From contig CM119386.1 in assembly GCA_051294905.1 (NCBI GenBank), positions 8,432,001 through 8,496,000 on the forward strand: a stretch of DNA of 64,000 nt, read 5' to 3'. Each line of letters starts with the position of its first letter. Position 1 is the stretch's first letter. A program made the translations under genes and the position numbers. Positions 1 through 15,000 of this stretch are shown in pieces. Origin of the DNA: Botryllus schlosseri (lineage: Eukaryota). Under the pieces are notes generated by a model. That model was not told the origin of the DNA and searched no databases. It was given only the letters and a program-made list of their open reading frames with translations.

Positions 1-3000
1 CTTCCGTCCTACGTTTCCCCATCAGTCGATCCAAAGCTTCGATCTCGTCCTTTTGAATCGCTGTCTGTTCCTTCACCCTGTTCAATTCCTCCCGTCTCTC
101 TGCGAGTACCTGCCAAAAGAGATGCAAAAATGAAACAACCTTCATTCTGCAGAATGCGCATGCGAGATAGGATTCAACGTCGAAACTTGGTATCATGTAT
201 CATAACTAACGTCCTTAAATTTTAGGTTCCACAACCGATTGATTAAAAAAATATTTGACGTTCTAGATATCAATTACACGAGGTTTTCAGAAATTGCACA
301 ATTCACCTTTCCTCTCAGCTGTGAATTTCGCCAATGCCAAAGAAGTCTGCAAGCTATACACATGAGTCCTTAGGCATGTTCACTAGGGTTGTTCAAAAAA
401 AACTTTTTTTTCCAAATCTCACTCGCCTAATGACTAAATCGTCAGGTTGTCTAAGAAAACAATGCACACCAAATTTTACTCAAATCCAACCAGTAGAGGC
501 CGTGCAATCTTGAATTGAAATTTTTAATTTATTATTAAAAATTAAAAAAAAAAATTTTCAAATTTTTCAGTCAACCCCATGAAATTGTTGAGCTGTCTTC
601 AAAGACGATGAAAAACAAATTTGAGTCAATTCCGACTTGTAGAAGCGGAGTTATTCGAGATTTTCGTTGATAATTCTCGGATTATCCTTGACCCGGGGAT
701 TATCAACGAAAAACTCAAATAATTCCGCTTCTACTAGTCGGAATTGACTCAAATTTGTTTTGCATCGTCTTTGAAGACAGCTCAACAATTTCATGGGGTT
801 GACAGAAAAATTTGAAAAATTTTATTTTTTATTTTTTAATAATAAATTAAAAATTTCAATTCAAGATTGCACGGCCTCTACTGGTTGGAATTGAGTTAAA
901 TTTGGTGTACATCGTTTTCTTAGACAACCTGACGATTTAGTCACTAGGCGAGTGAGATTTGGAAAACAAAGTGTTTTTTGAACAACCCTAATGTTCACAT
1001 AACATATCAAATCAGGGCTGTAATGACTCGAGTCACAATTTTTTGATGACTTGACTTGACTTGAGTCATTTCCTCAAATTCTGTTTATTGACTCGACTCA
1101 ACTCGAGTCATTGATCATGACTGGAACCAAAGTCATATGACTCGAGACTCAGACGGCCAAGACCCGCATTTCATTGTAATTTCGAAGAATAGTAAAATTG
1201 CGACACTATTGGGATATCGTCTATTGGTACTGGTACTTGAGAATGCGACCAGAAACTGCAAAAAGCGAGGAAAATTAGTATTATAAATGCGAATGATTCG
1301 ATATCAACAAACAAGAGTTATGAAAAGTGGGTTTAACAAGACTTTAACTGGAAACTGAGCAATCAACACAATGACTTGGACTTGGACTCGAGTCATAATA
1401 CCATGACTCGGTGGTGAATTGAAAATGACTCCAGTCAAAACTATAAAAGTGAGATTGACTTGCGAGTTGATTATAACCCTGCATCAAATTCAAATGTAAT
1501 CTTGTGAAGTCGTGAAATAATGAAATTTAATAAAGGAATGCGACCCTCTTTCAAATAAGCTTTACAACAAGGAACACAGTCCAATTTTTACAAACGGCAA
1601 ATTTGAAGTCACCTTTTCGCTTTCGCGCAAAGTAGATAGACGATCGGCTTGCTTCTCTTCGGCAAGTAACAGTTCGGAGTGCAATCTCTCCAAATTCCCC
1701 GTCAGATTTTCAGTCTTTTGTTCGAGCGCCGTGAATTCCGCTTCTTTGTTCGTGATCACCTGGAAGAAATCGACCTCGTTTTCAACCTTGTCTCTCGCGG
1801 GTTTAGAAAAGAGCTAGCAGACTTCGAATCTCACTCCTAGTATGATATCATATGTCAAAAACTCTACCGTACACATACCCTGGTAAGTTGGTGACAGTCG
1901 TCTTCCAAGCTGATCTTCTGTGCCTCCGCAGACTTCATTTGAGTTTGCAATTGGCGGAGTTCTTTGTGAGCGCGAACTAACTGCACTCCTGTGAAAACGG
2001 TGCAGCGTTTGTGAGAATGCGTAGCGGTGCCATGGTAGCATGTACGGTGTTAGACACATCTCGACCAAAGTTGCGTAGTCCTAAATAGCCCAACTCATAA
2101 AATCGCAATGCAGCTCTTCTGTAGAATGATAGAGCATACCGTCTCAGTGAAATTTATTCGAGCAACGCAATACAATATTCGTGTATATCTCTAGTATTGT
2201 GGTAGCAACAATAATACGCGGTATATCAAACTGACAGAGATACTTTAGCGATAAATTTGACTTTTGAACTTTTGCACGAAATATATATGTATATTTGTAT
2301 GTGATCACCAACATTTCTGGGGCTGTCAACTTTTTAACCACACCAGTTGTAGAAAGGACCAACACATCCACCCCTGTGCCGAAAGTTCAACAAACCTTAA
2401 GGCAGACACCTGAGAGGTAAGGTAGATAGCAGTGTTAAATCTCACAATACCTGTGTCTCTCGCCCTTCTCTCTAGCTCGATACTGTCTTGCTCGGAATCC
2501 GTGAGTCTCTGCTGTGAGATCTCCATTTTTTCGAGTAATAGCTCAGTCTGGTGTAAAAAAGAATAAATTTCACCAAAGTGCATGCGACGCCAATATAAAG
2601 TAGTGCTAAGATGTGAAAACAACTGCGTTACATAGATGGAATGAAAAAATTGACTTCTCAGAACTTTTTACATCTTGCACCGTCCTCAAGCAAAGATGCC
2701 GGACCACACCGGCCCTTCAGCCCCTTCATGGGCATACAAGTAAATTTCTGAGGTCGAATTCTAGAATTTCGAGGTTGAACTAAACGAAATTGGACGTTTA
2801 CATTGGTGTCGTTTGTTTACCCATGGGTATTCCAAGTAGTAGTAGTAGTAGTATTAGTAAACTATTAATATCACGAGAAACGAAATGAGAACATTGCATG
2901 TACAATCAGTCGATCGCCGATTAGAAAGTCGTTTGGTGCTGTTTGATACGTAATCGGTGGACGGATTCAGCCGATTGGCACCGATTCTATGAAATCATCT

Positions 3001-6000
3001 CATGAAATATTTTGAGATCAGCGAACCGTTTCTCATTAATGGTTACTATCAAAGACTTTTTGTAACAGAACAGGCGGAAAAAAATGACATTTGTAACAAA
3101 AAACTTGAATCCGGCCACTATCTGTAACATATGTATCCCGTCGATGGACAATTTGGTCGTAAAGCGAAAGCCTATAAATTTTTACGACAAAATACAGTTT
3201 AGCCGCAATACATGAGTCTTTTCCGTGCCCAACAGTCGGAAAATACACCGATATTTGAACAATCTATCCTGGAGGCAGACTGGACTTTACTTTTTTGGTG
3301 GCATCATTTTCTTCCAACTTCGCTTCGCGCAACCTCTTCTCAGCCTCCTTCAAATCTGCTCGCTTCCGAACCAGATCTTTCTGCATGGCCTCGAGCTCCT
3401 CGGTCACAGCCTCTTGCTGAGCCAGCGCCTGTTCCATTTGCATTTGTTCCAGCAGCGCGTTCACTTCGCCCTCCAAGGCGTTTCTGCACAGAAATGGAAA
3501 CCATCGAAACTGCGCAGTAAATATTAAAGTAAGTATTTGAAGAGCTGCTTAGAGGTATATCAACAATCGTATCACAAAATATGACGTCACCAGCATGAAA
3601 TTTCTAATAATTGGGGCGGAGAGAGATTGCTAAGCTCAATGTACTAATATTCCTAATTGTATACCAACTAAAAATAGTATATTGAGCTTAAGTGCTATTT
3701 CTACTCAAGTAAGCCTATTTTGTTCTAAACAAAACTGAAACTTGTGTAGAATCAGACATTGTCTAAAATCATAACCACTTAATTACAAAGTATTCCGAAA
3801 ACAATTCTTCATTATAAAACAATACTTCATTACTGAACACCTCTAGTGACAAGACTGGCCCAGACCGTAAGAATAGTTTCCCCGAGTACCAAATCCCTAA
3901 ACAATCATACTCTGGCCAAATTCTAATCCGAGTCTTTGAATCGGAATCATAAAAAAGTCAAACCCGGCGACGCGAATGCATGGAATGTCGCTTACTTATT
4001 TTTCAATCTCCGAGCGAGTTCCGATTTCAAGTCCGCCAATTCCTTGGCGACTTCCAATCCTTCTTTGGACATTCTCTCTTCATCCTCCTTCAACTTTTCC
4101 AAACATGCCTGTTTCGAACGATGATGTTATTTGGTAATGAATAAGATCTCATATGGATTAGCATAAAGGATTGCTAGCAACTAAATGTAAGAAGCATCAT
4201 TATCAAAGACACGGAATTCTGGCAATTTGCATCTGACAAAGACATCAGCCATAGTGTGTAAGAGCTCCATTTTGACAAGGATTGTATTACGAGGACCATA
4301 CTCGATGATGATATGATCAATTTAAGCTATGAACGTTACACTCTTATAGTCTCTTTACAATTTTCGACACCAGATTCAAGTTTGTCAAGTTTAAATAAGG
4401 CTGAGAAACTACATACATAGGCTTTCTGATAGGTGCTAGGCTCACTATATCATTAGGAAATGATAAAGTTGACGGTGAGAGTTGGCAATATAATTCGGCA
4501 TCGGACGAACGTAGCAATCACGAGACGCGCGACAAAATTTTAAAGTTATCAAATTAATTCTGTTTTCATAACTTTAGCTCACTTGAACTTCATGTAAACA
4601 AACGGACCAAGCGTAATTAGAAACTCATTTCAGGTGCCGTACACTGTTCAAAACTTTACATTTCTCTGCAGGCCGACAGGCCCCACACCCCTGCTCTAGT
4701 GTAGACAGGCCTTCATTTTAATCATTTTCATGGCCAAAAATAGTGTCCCCGTTAAGACACGATTTGAATTGCCATTAGATATATCGGGTACCTCTCTTTC
4801 AGAGATAATTGTATCCAGATGAATTTTCCTCTCTTCCAAATCGTGAACGAATGCGCTATCGTCCAGCTCCCTATGGCAGGCTTTCTTTTTCTTTTTGCAT
4901 TTGTCAAAAGCCTCCTGCAAAATAAGCAAAAACATCAATCCATCTCTGTAACGGTAGCCTTCCTATGTCAACGGTACCCTCAGTTCTTCTAATTCATCTT
5001 CGATTTCGTGATGTTCTGGTACGTTGCAGAAAAAACCCTCAAATGGCACTAGGACGGGAAGGCCGTTTTCTCCGATCGCAATCATTCCAGGTGTACCGGG
5101 GGTTAGGATGGGTTGCGCGCCGGGATCTGAATGCGGTTTTACACAATTATGAACAAAATCAATGGTTTCAATGGTGCTATGTCACTTTGTTACTGACGCT
5201 GGTGCTATGCCTCAAGTAACTTGCCGCACAGGTTAACATATATAAAGTTTCACACTATTTAACTAAAGAGATTATGAATTACATATACTTACCGGTAGTA
5301 TATATGGGTGGTTGTTGAGCGTACGATGGGCCAGCGTGCTTGCCGTTGGTTACAAAAACCCATTTTCCAGTCGCGTCCCCTTGACTTGGCACAAACTGGT
5401 AATAACCCCTAAAAGTAGGTAATATTATAGCACACTGTTGAATTAATTTGAATATCGGTCATCATGAATTCTTCCATTTAATCAAAAAGTGCAATTGCAT
5501 TTAGTTTAGTGCCTTTTACTCAAAAACTAAGAGATCGAATTAAGCCAATCAGATTTTGTAAACGATCTCACTAGTAAAAAAAAATAGAAATATGTCATTG
5601 TGATACATTGCCAACTCTTTGATATGGTAACAAAGCAGTGCTAGATAACCAATGGCTTCTAAACTGTTTATTTCAGCGGCGCAAGAGCTTACTTTCGGTA
5701 CTCATTTGAGTCAAACAAATGGAATGGCATTAGTTGATTCAAATCGTTTTGAAAGTAAGCAGATATCCGCTCCGCGTGCACAGTTAGTTTTAGGTGACAA
5801 CTCAACATCTAATATATGCGTGAACTGTCTAACAGTATTGGATGCCGGACGTTGTAAATGCACGACCTATCACGTCAACACAAACAATCCAATCATGATC
5901 ACATACCCTACAGGCACCAGGCCTCGTATCTGAGTGTTGTGTCCGGCCAGCGCTCTCCTCAAAGCCTCGATTTCATTCAAGAGGGACGAGATCTAAAAAA

Positions 6001-9000
6001 CGAGCGATGCTGATATTTCAAATCAGGGTAGTGTTTCACACAACACGCCCACCTCGTCAGCGCTGTCGTTTTTCAGTCCGGCCAATAGCCGCCTCAATCT
6101 TTCGACTTCCGCTAGTTTGCCAGCGAGGGCGTCGCGGAGATCTTCAACGCGCCCACGGTCGAGATGCGAATCCTAGGTAAGAGTTCGATTCCCATAATCT
6201 TACATGTACAACATCAATTATTACAACCATGGGGGTCAGCTAGCGTGTGAATTTGATAATGGAAAATAGATTTCAAATTTGTCAGAGTATCATAGATATA
6301 GGTATAGGTTACTCGACTTGATAAGCAAATATTTTGTCGCAACGTTGAAAATACAAAATACGGGTAATGTGCTGCAAACATTACCAATAAAGTTAAATTC
6401 GGACTAGGCGTAGTTCTACTTGAAACTTCTATTGGAATTGCTAAGACCACCTGCGATCAAAAGTGAAAGACGCAATATTGTTGGTTTTGATGTTATCTAA
6501 GTGCCATGCTCTCCGTCACTCGGTAATAGTAACTTACTCGACTACAGCCTCATAGAGGACGTGCTTTTGCGATGAGCAAAAATGGAAAATTCCCATCCCG
6601 TTATTCGACTACAATAATTTAACTGCCCATTTCCTTGTATTTAGATCTACTACCACATGTAGCAATGGGTGTCGCTTCTCAGCGTACCTTCAATTCCTGT
6701 GCTCTCAGCAAGTCCCTCAATGTTTGGATCTGATCTTCTGCGTTCTGTAAGTCGCGTCTGGCCCGGGCAGCCGCGGCGTCCGCATCAGCGGCGGCTCGAG
6801 ATTCACGCAATCTGTCGTCCTGAACACCAAGATAGCAACAGCTGAACGTGGTATAGATATAAACGCTCGTGTGCGAAGCCCTAAGGTAATCGGGAGGCAT
6901 TCAAATTCATGGCATCACTGCGAGGCATGCAAGATGGCAGGGTATACAAAATAAAGAATTTCAAAACAGCCAGTGTCATAACTCATAATAGCAATGCAAT
7001 TTAAAGCCAACACTTTCTACTGTACCGCAGGTTATTATCAGTCTTGCAAATGAATTTGGAAATACCTGCCAAAAACGACACCACCAAACTGTAGAGGTAC
7101 ATGCTCGTTAATTAAGTACTTTTACTTGAGCTGAATAGTTTGCCATCACCGCCTCATCAAGCGGTCTGTATGTATGACTACTTCTACTTTCATTTAAACA
7201 GCTACGGAAGGTCACGTTGCTACTTAATACACGTGAAAAAATTTCAAATAGATGAGCCGGTAGCTATTTATTTGTATTTCATCATGAAGCATTTTGTTGT
7301 CGTATCAATCCCAATTCAAGGTATTCATGGTATTTCTAAATTAGCCCATCATGAGTCGTAATTAGCGACACATTTTGTGCAACTGGATGAACTAGACGGC
7401 AGTTTATGTTAATTTGTACTCGAGTAAAGTCCTACAAAGCTGTTGAACTTTTATTTTAGCACCATTTTTATCGTGGTAGGATAGTAAATAGCATATTACC
7501 ATGTTACGCCGATGATTTGGCAACCTTCTGTGACGGACAGTATGTCGTAACGAAGATATGTTGATATCCGAATGGGATCGGCTCATATCAGAAATAACCT
7601 TTCGAAGATTTCAATTCCCACGTTGCAACCACAGGTTACTCACACAATAAGATATGCTATGCAAAATTACGAGATACAGACATAACATTATCATTGCACA
7701 AAGGTAAATGGAGGCTTTAATATATAAGATTTCAAGGAGTTACAACAAACGCCCAGTATAAATCATTGATACTTGACGATAGATATACCACATCATACGT
7801 TGATAACAGTGCTAAGTGTGATTGAATATTTGAACAATCCTCGGAAACGCAAATACTCAGAACTTGATATTATTTTCCAACAGCCTACAGACTCTATCGT
7901 CTTCAAATCCGTTTCAATTATTGCCTATTCAAAGTCGGCATTTCTGTTTGTACGACGTTGCCAGGCATAGCTTGAATATCACAATATATTTCAAGATGTA
8001 GTAATATATGAAATTGCTCGGCCTGCTGTGTACAATTTATACCTGATACCACGCTTTCGAAGGTGACAACTACAAATATCAAACAGGATCACTCTATTTG
8101 CAAAAACTTATAGCATTATATTTTATTGTCTTGCCAAAATGGCAACGTGAAACATTATAATGATTAGGTAGGTACACTTAAAACCTGACAATTAAATAGC
8201 TAATGCTGCTTTCTATTTTGATCCTAAATTTACTAAAGCATCATAGACATTCCTCCCAATGACCTAATTAAAACACCAATGTCCCTATCCAGTCGAAACG
8301 TACATTCCTATACACACTGTCTTATCATTACTGAGTGGGATCAATCAGTTTGCACTATGCTCATATCCCGTCAAGTCAAAACACGCCACTGTTGACAGTG
8401 CCAACAAGTCAACTCGCATGTGTTCTTAGCTACAAAACCGTCCCAATCAAACGCAACCCAGTAATTATAACATAGTAATTGTTTACAAAACCTTCTTGGA
8501 TTCCCACTTGCTACAACAAAGGAGTATCCAGTCATTGATAGCGCATATAATGGGCGTCCTATTGTTCTGAGCAAATTTTGAAACATAACAGCTTGTTAAG
8601 GAGGGCACCGGACAAAAAAGGTATCTCTACAAAAGGAGTCAAACATTTTGAGAGCGGTCGTCAAGTTATAGCAGAGGCGCAAAAATTCGGAGAAACAAAC
8701 GTTACAAATCGTTTTTCTACTGCCAGCTGCTTTTAGGAGTTTCATGAAGAGTCGTTGTGGTCTATGTTGACTCTTTATGAGATACTGTAGTGCTCTTATA
8801 TTAATAAACGAACTGACTCTTAACGAAATATTATGACATATTTCACATGAGTCAACTGCTTTTTGTAAATATAAATTTCAATGATTTTACTATTTGTTGT
8901 TGTAGAGTAGCAACATCTTATAAAATATCTCACTGGAAAGAATCATGAAACACAATTCTTCTGAGATTGGTTATAACAATCAACCCAGGTGAAATATATA

Positions 9001-12000
9001 GTTATACAATTATCGAATGTTGGCAATATTTGTCTGACACGATATAACAAATTTAGAAACATCCAGCAGCGCACTGAAAGCTATCAGGTAACAATATTTC
9101 GGGACAACATGAGTGCTAGAACCCACACACCCCTGTGATTAAGCGAAATAGTAATTGCGCTGTAAGAAACATTCTTGATCAGGGAGTTCTGAGATAAGAC
9201 AACATGGCTGAAATAGCGGTCTTCAAGACTTTTGAAAACTAGTAAAACACTACTCAAATCCAGAATAGCTGTAGAGCAGATGCAATCGTCATCATCATTC
9301 TTTGGAATTCTTTTCAGAAAATATCACCACACAATTGCGATTTAATAGAATAATGGGAGACGACTTGGAGTAGTCTTTCAATTACAAATGACTCACTTGC
9401 AACCTCTTCAATCTGTCGTTCAGTTCATCAATCTCGGCCTCGTTAACGTCCTTGCTACGTAGCGCTCGTTTCGTGTCCCCGAGCTCCCTTTCCAGATCCC
9501 GCAAATCTTGCTGGGTCCTGAATCAGAAAGCATTGCCCTTGACCAGTTTTACTTAGTCTGTATTTTCCAATGATTTAGGGCAGTGGTTCCCAAACGGTGG
9601 GGAATTCCCCACTGGTGGGGAATTCAATGGTTTCTGGTGGAGAATAGACGCGTTTGTTTAAAATTATCTACAGGACAGTCTTCATATTCACGGAGATACA
9701 TGTGCAATTACCGTTACCAGTTCTGCCCTGGAATGTATGTTTCGAAAACTATATTGAGCGGTACTCACAAAACCTCATTTTTAACTCTGGATTTCCAATG
9801 ATGGCGTCACGAACGCATCCAGCACTACCAGTTTTACCTGAAATAACGCGTTCCCGAAATTTTGAGCGTTACTGGTATCGGTTCACAATACGTTTTACGT
9901 TGCAGTTATAGGCGATTGTCTTGGCGTACTGGCGTGGTTGTGTGTCTTGTGTAGTCAAACCAGCAAATAGCTGCTCGGTGATGACAAAAGTGTTGGGTAG
10001 TAGAGAACAGGACCGTAACTGCCGCACCCCAAACCCCCCAATTGGCGGGGGCGAGCTCGAAGGAGCCCAAAATGATTTCATGAAGTAACATAAATTATAG
10101 AGTATTTTTTTGAAATTCATGTCACTTATTCAAATTTCATTTGCGCTGGGCGTGCGATTTAATATTGACTAATATTTTGATTATTGGGTACCCTTCCCCG
10201 ACGAAAATACGTAGAATTTATAGAAATAGAGATTTCGGCGTCGGCCATTACTGCGCCACGACGCACCGAGACATATGAAGTTATAGGCCATGTAACATGC
10301 GACTCCGAGATATGTGCCAGAGCGATCGGCAGCGAGAAGACCTTGGCCGAGAAGGAATGCCCTTGTAGTGAACGAAAACTTCGATATATATACAATATAC
10401 ATGCATGTTTAATTGTCCATAGGCGGCTAAATGGCAGGCGCCGAATGTTCCTGTCCTGGCGATCTGAACTCCACAGGACAAATGCCATCCCGCAGGGATA
10501 AAATTATTTGCCAGTAAAGCAATACCAATTTGAAATCGTGTGTGCCTTTTAGTTTTGGCGATTTCAATATCTTTTGATATAGCAGATATAGGTCACAAAA
10601 TATCATCATGTAACGAAGTCAATATATCAACGGGTCCGCCCGAAGATGTTTAATTCATATTTAGGGGTCCTACCTTTTCCAACACACCTCGCTCAGCTCT
10701 ACTGGTAAGGGGCTAATAGCGAAATATATGCAATTCCCGATCATATTGACCTATTCAAACATGAATTATATAAATTGTTCGCGCTTCGCGCGTCTACGGT
10801 CCTGGTGGGGAATGAAGGATCAGAATAAACCTGAAGTGGGGAATGAAGACAAAAAGGTTGGGAACCACTGATTTAGGGTATCCGATCGGGAAGGCTATCA
10901 ATAACTAGCCTAAGGGTCGATAGAGAACCCCTGTAATAACTATACTCGCAAATAGGGACCATTGCAAAGTCGAGTAAATACTGCCCGTGTAGTAGTACAA
11001 ACGAGGCTGCATGATGTAAGGACTCACGATCTGCGCAAGACTATTATTTTGTGTATTTCAATGGATTCGTGTTGAAGTAGTACTATCAACTCGGTGGCTT
11101 TAACTGGGTGGTTATGGTGTTAGAAATACAGAAACAAAACACCATACTAGACGAATCATTCCATGACCACACCATGCTCATAACTCAGACTGGCAAAATG
11201 GTGTATTAGGTGTTGAGACGAGTATTGGCTCTAATATTGACTTTATATGTATGATGTGGAAAATTCAAATATGCATGTTTTATGTGACCAGATAGAAAAT
11301 AACACCAGTGCTACATCACATCAAAGATAATTTGGTATTTTTCGACCATACTTATTTCATCGTACTTTGCTAACAATGCTGTGGCTTGATCGTGACTTCA
11401 CAGGAATTTCATCTCCAATAACATGTGTAGCTTTGTATTACATGTTTCGTATGCTGCGATACGGCCAATCAAGATTTCGAGGCTTCCACAACGGGAATAA
11501 AATATTGAAACTAATATTCTATTGGATTCAACATGTCTAAGTAGCAGGGTTGTAACGAAGTCACACGGTGCCGAGTCTCAAGTCAATCGCACTTTTACAG
11601 TTTTGACTCGAGTCAAGTCGAGTCATTTTCAATTCACCACCGAGTCAAGTCCGAGTCCAAGTCAGTGAGTAGAGGGTCGAGTCCGAGCCAGAGTGTTGTG
11701 ACTCGAGTCCGAGTCCAAGTCACTGTGTTCAAATTTCAGTGCAATCTGGTTCAACCTACTATATTAAACTCTGCTCGAGAGATATAGAATGGCTCGCGTT
11801 CATTCTATCGTAATTTCCCTCAGTCCCAACCCAACAGTTTGTGGCCCTATTTTCAAAGTATCAGGACTGATAGACGATATGTACCGATCATTTTGCGCAT
11901 TTGAAAAAATGACTCGAGTCAAGTCGAGTCACCAAAAAATCGTGACTAAAATCGAGTAATGACTCGAGCCATTACAACCCTGCTAAGTAGTGGATTCTCT

Positions 12001-15000
12001 TAAGTGAGAGTATCTTATTGGAAGCCTTTTCCTATAATTATAATGACATTAATTGCATCACAATTACCTGGCATCTCTCAACCTCGCATTCTCCTCTTTT
12101 GCATACAATTCGTCTTTCAACTTTTCCACTTCGGCATTGGCTCTCTCTCGAGCTCGATCAGCGTCCACCTCGGCCTGAAAAAGCAATATAGACATTGGAT
12201 ATGTCCTTCCGAAAAAAGAAAAATTTCCAGAGGATAACTCACGTCGCGCAAACGCCTGTGCAAATCGTCCATCTCGTCTTCAAGCCTGGCGAGATTTTGT
12301 TGGTGTTTGTTCTTTTCCGCTTCTAGTTTTGCGTTGGTGGCGGCCTCCATAGCTTCCTTGTATTCCTTTTGCGCCTGGAATGTTTGCGTATTTGGTTCTA
12401 TTCGGTGAGATGGCAAACAGTAGTGCAAAGCGGAAAAAACAAATTTTCAAACCGGACTGAATTTCCATATATATTAAAACGCATACCATTGAAACATGCC
12501 ATTCATCATCAAACTCCGCAAAAGTATGTGAAATTCGATCCACACTGGTATTTGAGTAGAAAATTATGGGATTACTAAAATCATAACCACTCGAGTAAAT
12601 AGTGCAAGCAGGCAAAAGTTACTTGAGTACTCAAAAATCGTAAAGCACTTCATTGACCACCTCTGCTGAACAGTCTCAATGACTAAATGGAGCGGCTCTG
12701 CTATGCAGCGCGTTTTATTGATCACAGGGGCTGCTAAAATGTTGAGATGTAAAAAGCTTCGAGATCCGTGTTCAAGTAACGCAAGGTAACTAATGTGTAA
12801 CTAATGTAACTAATTTCACATACCTCCAGAAGTTTGCCTTTCAGTTTTGCCGTATTCTTCTCCAACTCCTGCAGTCGCTTTTCGGCAGCCTCTCTGTCAG
12901 CAGCTTCGCGGCCTTCAAACGGACAAATAGTTGAACGACACAAAGCACAATCTACGAATACTCAGACTACCCCATCACATACCGAGCATGTCAATTAAAA
13001 TTCTCTGTAAATCAGCAAGCGCTTTTCCGACCGCATCCAGTTCGCTGTCAGGCGTCATAGTCGAATGGTCGCCGCGACGCAGTTTCTCTTTCATTTCGGC
13101 GATTCGTTTCGCCACTTCTCGCGGGTCTAGCAGGCTTCCCAGCGCTTTGTTGTATTGAGCGCTTTGATCGGTCAGGCTTTGGTTAAGTTTATCATTGGCG
13201 ACCTGGGTGTTGAACTCAGAAATATTCTCCAAAACATTTGGCCAGCAACTACGAAATTAGGTTTTATTTCAATGATGTCCCTCTCAATTCTATACTAGTT
13301 GATGACGATTACCCACCTCAGCCAAAAATATTCGTTATAGACGAGCAGCTTTGAATATAATTTATTCAGAATCATATCCGATTTACTCAGTCTCAAAAAT
13401 TTCAAGCTCGAACAGGATGAGAAAGTATTAAAGAATGCTACATATGTCTTACAGTGCGCAAGTGGGGCACAAGAAAAATCTGCTCTTTCACACGAAACGG
13501 GTTGAGTGACGGACATGGACCAAAAGCTTCGTTCGAATAAAAGACGTAATCCTGCTTAAAAGAAACTAACCTTTGCCCTTTCTAATTCTTTCCTCAGTCC
13601 TGTGACTTCTGCCTCCCTGTCGCCGACGATATTCTGCAATCGAGCGGTGGCTTCCATTTGGCGGTCCAGTTCGTCTTGGTCGCACTTCAGACGCCCGTCC
13701 GCGTCCTTCAAGGATCTTTTCAGTCTATTTCAAATTTGCAAGGAAATAGACTGAAGTCGGCAGATGTGGTCGACGTAGTCAGCGGTGCTACTCATTGAAT
13801 ATTACCGAAAATTTATATACAATTACAAGTAGTAGCGATTCCCAAGACATCTGACAACTACATCAATAGGACATAGAAAACAGAAAGTCAGAACAAGTAT
13901 GCAAGTAAGCAGTATCAGATAGCAGATTTGGTAGAGGGGGCACATAGGCTACTTGTGGCAGTTAATCCGAGCTGGTCACATTTGAAATTTCACGTTACTT
14001 CTTTGCGACGAACGCAACGTGACTAATAACACTACAAATAATTGCAATCTTCGAAAATGTTTCAATTGCTGTGACACGGGGGCTATTTCACACGTCAGTT
14101 ACGAGCATTTCACATAAATTTATCTATTTCAAGATTATATAAATCAATGCTATAGCATTACAGTTCCCCGTTCTACTCCTACCGATACCCAATATGTGGG
14201 AGTCGAGATTATTGCATACCTTTGTATGTGATCCTGAGCCCCTTCCAGCTGAGCTTGTAATTCCTGGTCATGGACACTCAGTTCACTCGCCTCGTGCTGT
14301 AATGCGTCGTTGATATCTCTCATTTCGTTTAAAGAATCGTTCAGTGTCTTCAGCTGAAAGTGGCATTATGAGCATTCATGGCAGATACAAATTTGAAACG
14401 ATTTCGGTCAAAGATCAGTGATTAAGATGAAAATACGCGGATGACCTTCATCATAAGGTCCAATCTAGTGGGCGGAACTAAGCGTTATTTTTCGAAGCAA
14501 AATTAGTACCGCAGTCATAGTAAGCCATGAACACAATCGAACATATTGATTACATAATTTTCCAATCACCGTAATCCATTACATTGACGAGACGTTTGAG
14601 GTACAGAACTTAAGTATGCAATTCAATAATATTTTCGGCTGTTACTTGTCATAATAGGTTATATGACTGCTGCTATACAATGGTATTTTTAATTGTCTAT
14701 TAGTTCCTGACGAGTGTCAGCCGAAAAATGTCAGGGTTTATTTCAATATCAATATATTATTAAAATTCATCCAATAGATTTACATACTATACAATTGAAT
14801 AGTATATTCATATTGAAATAAACCCGAATATTTTCGGCTGACACTTGTCAGGGGTAATCGTCAGCAACAATTAGAGAATTCAAAAGTACATCGTATATTA
14901 ACAATCGGGTTTATTTCAATATGAATACACTATTCAATTGTATATTGAAGTTCTGTACCTCCAAGAAGCTGTACATTTACTATGGAAAAATATACAGTAA

